Assembly (NCBI RefSeq): GCF_009914755.1
Contig: NC_060930.1
From: the human T2T-CHM13v2.0 reference genome, Homo sapiens
Reading direction: 5' to 3' (one strand)
Length of the DNA: 64,000 nt
The notes under the pieces are model-generated. The model was given only the letters and a program-made list of their open reading frames with translations. It had not been told where the DNA came from and did not search any database. The position numbers and the translations under genes are program-made. Below, in pieces: positions 57,701 to 64,000 of this stretch. Each line of letters starts with the position of its first letter. Within the stretch, counting starts at the first letter, position 1.

Positions 57701-60700
57701 CCCAAATCAACAGAATACACATTCTTCTCAGCACCACATAGCATGTGTATTCTAAAATCGACCACATAATTGAAAGTAAAACACTCCTCTGCAAGTGCAA
57801 AATAATGGAAATCATAATAAACACTCTCACAGACCACAGTGCAATCAAATTAGAACTCAAGATGAAGAAACTAACTCAAAACTGTACAACTACATGAAAA
57901 CCGCTCCTAAATAACTACTTGGTAAATAACGAAATTAAGGCAGAAATAAAGAAGTGCTTTGAAATCAATGAGAAAAAAGAGACAACGTACCAGAATCTCT
58001 GAGACACAGCTAAAGCAGTGCTAAGAGGGAAATTTATAGCACTAAATGCCCACATCAGAAAGCTCGAAAGATCTAAAATCGACACCCTAACATCACAATC
58101 AAAAGAATTAGAGAAGCAAGAGCAAACAAATTCAAAAGCTAGCACAAGACAAGAATAATTAAGATCAGAGCAGAATTGAAGGAGATGGAGACATGAAAAA
58201 CCCTCAAAAAAAAAAAATCAATGAATCCAGCAGCTGGTTTTTTGAAAAGATTAACAAAATAGACCACTAGCTAGACTAATAAAGAAGAAAAGAGAGAAGA
58301 ATCAAATAGACACAATAAAAAATGATAAAGGGGATATCATCACTGATCTCACAAAAATACAAACCACCATCAGAGAATATTATAAACACCTCTATGTAAA
58401 TAAACTAGACATTCTAGAAGAAATGGATAAATTATTGGACACATACACACTGCCAAGATTAAACCAGAAGAAGTTGAATCCCTGACTAGAACAATAACAA
58501 GTTCTGAAATTGAGGCAGTAATTAATAGCCTACCAACCAAAAAAGTCCAGGACCAGACGGATTCACAGCTGAATTCTACCACAGGTACAAAGAGGAACTG
58601 GTACCACCATTCCTTCTGAAACTATTCCAAACAATAGAAAAAGAGGGACTCCTCCCTAACTCATTTTATGAGGCCCTAACTCATTTTATGATACCAAAAC
58701 CTGGCAGAGACACAACAAAAAAAGAAAATTTCAGGCCAATATCCCTGATGAACATCAATGTGAAAATCCTCAAGAAAATTCTGGCAAACCGAATCCAGCA
58801 GCACATCAAAAAGCTTATCCACCACGATCATGTTGGCTTCATCCCTGGGATGCAAGGCTGATTCAACACACACAAATCAATAAATGTAATCCATCACATA
58901 AACAGAACCAATGACAAAAACCACATGATTCTCTCAATAGATGCAGAAAAGGCCTTAGGTAAAATTCAACATCCCTTCATGCTAAAAACTCTCAATAAGC
59001 TAGGTATTGATGGAACATATCTCAAAATAGTAAGAGCTATTTATGACAAACCCATAGTCAATATCATACGGAATGGGCAAAAGCTGGAAGCATTCCCTTT
59101 GAAAACGGCCACAAGACAAGGATGCCCTCTCTCACCACTCCTATTCAACATAGTACTGGAAGTTCTGGCCAGGGCAATCAGGCAAGAGAAAAAATAAAGG
59201 GTATTCAAATAGGAAGTCTAATTGTCTCTGTTTGCAGATGACATGATTGTATACTTAGAAAACCCCATCGTCTCAGCCCAAAAACTCCTTAAGCTGTTAA
59301 GTAACTTCAGCAAAGTCTCAGCATACAAAATCTATTTGCAAAAATCACAAGCATTCCTATACACCAACAGCAAAGAAGCAGAGAGTCAAATCATGAGTGA
59401 ACTCCCATTCACAATTGCTACAAAGACAATGAAATACCTAGGAATCCAACTTACAAGTGACATGAAGGACCTCTTCAAGAACTACAAACCACTGCTCAAG
59501 GAAATGAGAGGACACAAACAAATGGAAAAACATTCCATGCTCATGGATAGGAAGAATCAGTATCATGAAAATGGCCATACTGCCCAAAGTAATTTACAGA
59601 TTCAACGCTATTCCCATCAAGCTACCATTGACTTTCTTTGCAGAATTACAAAAAAACTACTTTAAATTTCATATGGAACCAAAAAAGAGCCTGTATAGCC
59701 AAGACAATCCTAAGCAAAAAGAACGAAGCTGGAGGCATCACGCTACCTGACTTCAAACTATATTACAAGGCCATAGTAACCAAAACAGCATGGTACTGGT
59801 ACCAAAACAGATATATAGACCAATGGAACAGAACAGAGACCTCAGAAATACCACCACAAATCTACAACCATCTGATCTTCGACAAACCAGACAAAAACAA
59901 GCAATGGGGAAAGGATTCCTATTTAATAAATGGTTCTGGGAAAACTGGCTAGCCATATGCAGAAAACAGGAATTGGACCTATTCCTTACACCTTATACAA
60001 AAATGAACTCAAGGTGGATAAAAAGACTTAAATGTCAAGCCCAAAACCATAAAAACCCTACAAGAAAACATAGGTAATACCATTCAGGACATAGGCATGG
60101 GAAAAGACTTCATGACTAAAACACCAAAAGCAATGGGAACAAAAACCAAAATTGACAAATGGGATGTAATCAAACTAAACAGCTTCTGCACAGCAAAAGA
60201 AACTATCATCAGAGTGACTAAACAGCTTCTGCACAGCAAAAGAAACTATCATCAGAGTGAAGAGGCAACCTACAGAATGGGAGAAAATTTCTGCAATCTA
60301 CCTATCAGACAAAGGTCTAATATCTAGAATCTACAAGGAACTTAAACAAATTTACAAGAAAAAAAGAAACCCATCAAAAAGTGGGCGAAGGATATGAGCA
60401 GGCACTTCTCAAAAGAAGACATTTATGTGGCAAACAAACATGAAAAAAAGCTCATCTTCACTGATCATTAGAGAAATGCAAATCAAAACCACAATGAGAT
60501 ACTATCTTACACCAGTTAGAATGGGGATTATTAAAAAGTCAGGAAACAACAGATGCTGGCAAGGTTGTGGAGAAATAGGAACACTTTTACACTGTTGGTG
60601 CGAGTGTAAATTAGTTCAACCATTGTGGAACAGTGTGGCAATTCCTCAAGGATCTACAGCCAGAAATACCATTTGACCCAGCAATCCCATTACTGAGTAT

Positions 60701-61222
60701 ATTCCCAAAGGATTATAAATCATTCTACTATAAAGACACATGCAAATGTATGTTTACTGCAGCACTATTTACAATAGCAAAGACTTGGAACCAACCCAAA
60801 TGCCCATCAATGTTAGACTGGATAGAGAAAATGTGTCACATATATACCATGGAATACTACGCAGCCATAAAAAAGAATGATTTTGTATCCTCTGCAGAGA
60901 CATGAATGAAGCTAGAAGCCATTATCCTCGGCAAACTAACACAGGAACAGAAAACCAAACACCACATGTTCTCACTCATTAGTGGGAGCTGAACAACAAG
61001 AACACATGGGACACAGGGAGAGGAACATCACACACACGGGGGCCTGTCGGTGGGTTGGGGGCAAGCAGAGGGGGAACATTAGGACAAATACCTAATGTAT
61101 GCAAGGCTTAAAACATAGATGACGGGTTGATAGGTGCAGCAAACCACCATGGCACATGCATACCTATGTAACAAACCTGCACCTTCTGCACATGTATCCT
61201 AGAACTTAAAGTAAAATAAAAT
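54726..61222 (+). mobile_element. Full-length decayed LINE-1 (L1PA7/L1PA8-like)
   Basis: 5'UTR (AAGATGG YY1-like start), ORF1 remnants ~56045-57050 (KEKNFQPRISYPAKLSF), ORF2 remnants from 57132 (ITILTLNVNG endonuclease; RQGCPLSP and FADDM RT), 3'UTR, short A-tail. TSD AAAAGTTTTCCATTCTC at 54709-54725 and 61223-61239. Many frameshifts and stops. Confidence 0.95.
54989..55345 (-). CDS. L1 antisense ORF0-like open frame (118 aa), candidate
   Basis: MSDAPPRTKLDHSRSTLDCCAGS...GSVGVGPTE resembles L1HS ORF0 (MAGAPPP...DCCAS...SVGVGPSE, recalled). ATG intact; expression unknown. Confidence 0.45.
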   Translation of the reverse strand: MSDAPPRTKLDHSRSTLDCCAGSESFKPVVLSLLGSVGVGPTERDHLTLWLQHPFQGNEWFCLSGVPGATEVRKRLLQLARCLPKWLPSFVLETQGPGGVGYMRESPDLQIAETMGKV

Positions 61223-61239
61223 AAAAGTTTTCCATTCTC

Positions 61240-62138
61240 TGATTGGTGCGTTTACAATCCCTGAGCTAGACACAAAGGTTCTCCACATCCCCACTAGATT
61301 AGCTAGATACAAAGTGTCGACACAAAGGTTCTCCAAGTCCCCACCAGAGTAGCTAGTTACAGAGTGTCGATTGGTGCATTCACAAACCCTGAGCTAGACA
61401 CAGGGTGCTGATTGGTGTGTTTACAAACCTTGAGCTAGATACAGAGTGCTGATTGGTGTATTTACAACCCCTGAGCTAGACATAAAGGTTCTCCACGTCC
61501 CCACCAGACTCAGGAGCCCAGCTGGCTTCACCGGGGCTGCTGGTGGAGCTGCCTGCCAGTCCCGCGCCGTGCCCCCGCACTCCTCAGCCCTTGGGTGGTC
61601 GATGGGACTGGGCGCCGTGGAGCAGAGGGCGGCACTCGTCAGGGAGGCTTGGCCGCACAGGAGCCCATGGAAGGGGTGGGAGGCTCAGGCATGGCGGGCT
61701 GCAGGTCCCGAGCCCTGCCCCGCGGGAAGGCAGCTAAGGCCAGGTGAGAAATCGAGTGCAGCGCCGGTGGGCCGTCACTGCTGGGGGACCCAGTACACCC
61801 TCCGCAGCCGCTGGCCCGGGTGCTAAGCCCCTCATTGCCCGGGGCCGGCAGGGCCGGCCGGCTGCTCCGAGTGCGGGGTCCGCCAAGCCCACACCCACCC
61901 GGAACTCCAGCTGGCCCGCAAGCGCCGCGCACATCCCCGGTTCCCGCTCGCGCCTCTCCCTCCACACCTCCCTGCATGCTGAGGGAGCCGGCTCCAGCCT
62001 TGGCCAGCCCAGAAAGGGGCTCCCACAGTGCAGCGGTGGGCTGAAGGGCTCAAGTGCCCCCAAAGTAGGAGCCCAGGCAGAGGAGACGCCGAGAGCGAGC
62101 AAGGGCTGTGAGGACTGCCAGCACGCTGTCACCTCTCA
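61240..62138 (-). mobile_element. LTR12 (LTR12C-like, ERV9) fragment, 3'-truncated
   Basis: Minus strand begins TGAGAGGTGACAGCGTGCTGGCAGTCCTC. GC/CpG-rich U3, then tandem enhancer units with CCAAT (ATTGG on +). No TATA/R/U5 portion seen. Confidence 0.9.
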
Positions 62139-62799
62139 TTAGTATAATCTGTATTGCACTGCGAAATAACTGCCTAAATGTTTCACCAAGTTTTATTATC
62201 CATGATACTCACTGCCAAGTCTACCCAAAACACTGTAGAAGGCTATAGTCCAAATTATTACAAAGTTAATTTATTCACTTAAATCAAGTAATTTCAGGAG
62301 CAATCCTTCTCCAGAAGCTTAGCAAATTTTTTACTGCTTTATATTAAAATGCAAATGCATGAACTCTAAAAATCTCACCATTATTTTTAATTACAGAAAG
62401 AACACCAAGAGACTGATTTAAAATATATAATATATATAGTAAAATGCTTGTTTGTTCCATAGTAAAACTTAATTGAATGCTCAAGCAGGTTACAAATTTG
62501 CTTTAAGCAACTTTCTCACGAAGTTGTAGATTCTTAAATGCCACACACAGAGTTTCAGGTTGGAATTATTCACCTTCCTGCAAAACGTACTACAGGCAAA
62601 TAATAATAATAACAAAAATGACCTAATTAGCTCAGCTATATGTACAAAAAAAGCAAACATAAATGAGGTGGCTCCATATTTCATTGCTTTGTATGACTGT
62701 GACACATTCACTGCCATATTCCTGAAGCTAAAATTCCTATACTAATTTGCAAAGTAAACACAGTACGAAACTAGAAGCTGCAGCATTAGATTCTAGTCT

Positions 62800-63420
62800 A
62801 TTATGCATTCTCCATCTGCTGTCCCACACTCACAATATTTAATTTTAGCAAAATCTAATTCAGTGTATCTCTACATGAATGCCTCATTAGACATCTCAAA
62901 CTTTTAGCCTCCAAGATGGCCTCTCAAATAGGCTTTACTTCCCATCTCATTATCTAATATTTCATATCTCAGTATAAAGCACCACTCTCCATGCAGCTGC
63001 CCAAATCATAACCCAGGAATAATTCCTTCCTTGTTTTTAACCCATCCTCTACATCCAGCCTAACAACAGGCTCTGCCAATCTACCTCTAAAATAAGCCCC
63101 AAATTTACTGACTTTTCTCCATCTCTCCCAACATCACCCTAAATATCACCATATTCTTATACCTAAGACTATTACTAGAGCCACTTTCATTCTGGACTCC
63201 TATTCCATTCTACATTGAACAGCTCTTATATCATATTCTACATCTCATCACTCCCCTGCTTAAAAGTCCTCCAATAGCTTAAAATCCAAATTGTTTTCCT
63301 TGGCCTACAAGGCCTTAGATAATTTGGTTCTTTCTCATCTCTCCAAACTCATCTCGGGCCACACTTCCTCCTCAGTCACTACACCTAAGACATGCTTATC
63401 TTCTTTTGACTTCTCAAAAC
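62800..63420 (-). mobile_element. L2 fragment
   Basis: catctcaaact, ggctctgccaatctacctctaaaat, tcactcccctgcttaaaa, ggcctacaaggcc. Confidence 0.65.
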
Positions 63421-63427
63421 ATACCTA

Positions 63428-63710
63428 TTGTGGACTGAATGTTTACATCCCCCTATAATTCATGTTGAAATCCTAACCTCCAACATGATAGATAAAGTGG
63501 TGGGGCATTTGGGAGCTGATTAGGTCATAAGGGCGGAGTCCTCATAAATGGAATTACTGTCCTTAGAAAACAGACCCCAGAGAAAGCTCTGTTTTAGTCT
63601 GTGAGGACACAAAGAGAAGATAGCTATGAATCAGGAAGAGGGCCCTCATCAGACACTGAATTGCAGGCACCTTCCTCTTGGACTCTCTAGCCGCTAGATT
63701 GTGAAAATAA
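63428..63710 (+). mobile_element. MLT1 (MaLR) LTR fragment
   Basis: tgtggactgaatgttt...atgttgaaatcctaacc...gtgaggacaca...ggaagagggccctca. Confidence 0.78.
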
Positions 63711-64000
63711 TCAGACGTCTTCCCTAATCACCTTAATGTAAACAGGTCCAATTCTAATTGGTCAATATTCTCAGCACTTTATTGCTTTCAAAATAGTATA
63801 AACGAAGCTTTGTGTACTGGCAATATCATAACCAATGAGGTTCATCCAAGACATGATAATTGCTAATGGCAAACAGCATAAAACCAACTGCCAAAAAAAT
63901 GCTTTGCATCCCACAAGAACTAGATATAGACAAGTGCCATTTTTGCTACACAGAATGCTTTAAAAAAAAAAATGGTGGGAAATAGAGAAGGGTATCCTTG

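Noticed and set aside
55965-60905. L1 ORF1/ORF2 as an active retrotransposon
   Set aside because: Broken into many short ORFs by stops and frameshifts.
61446-62142. Cluster of GC-rich ORFs resembling a CpG-island first exon
   Set aside because: Entirely LTR12 U3 sequence; stop-poor because of high GC.

Overview
Primate (almost certainly human) AT-rich intronic DNA, roughly half of it transposon-derived. The only canonical host coding sequence is a 95-nt minus-strand exon (40016-40110) encoding [32 protein letters not shown], which I recognise as an internal ATG5 exon, so the window lies within two large ATG5 introns. Main elements: (1) a 7.7-kb HERV-W processed pseudogene (20006-27682, +, antisense to ATG5) with R-U5...U3-R-polyA structure and a 15-bp TSD; (2) a full-length, decayed L1PA7/8-like element (54726-61222, +) with a 17-bp TSD; (3) a truncated LTR12 abutting it; (4) many Alus, old L1M/L2/MIR fragments and DNA transposons. 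Most interesting unexplained signals: a well-formed 125-nt candidate cassette exon (9342-9466, -) that is open in frame with the ATG5 exon and adds an acidic tail; an open ORF0-like frame in the L1 5'UTR with a donor in phase with the ATG5 exon; and a ~150-bp locally templated insertion. I see no evidence for a wholly new multi-gene system. Repeat boundaries are approximate, and subfamily names are recognised by eye, not by database search.
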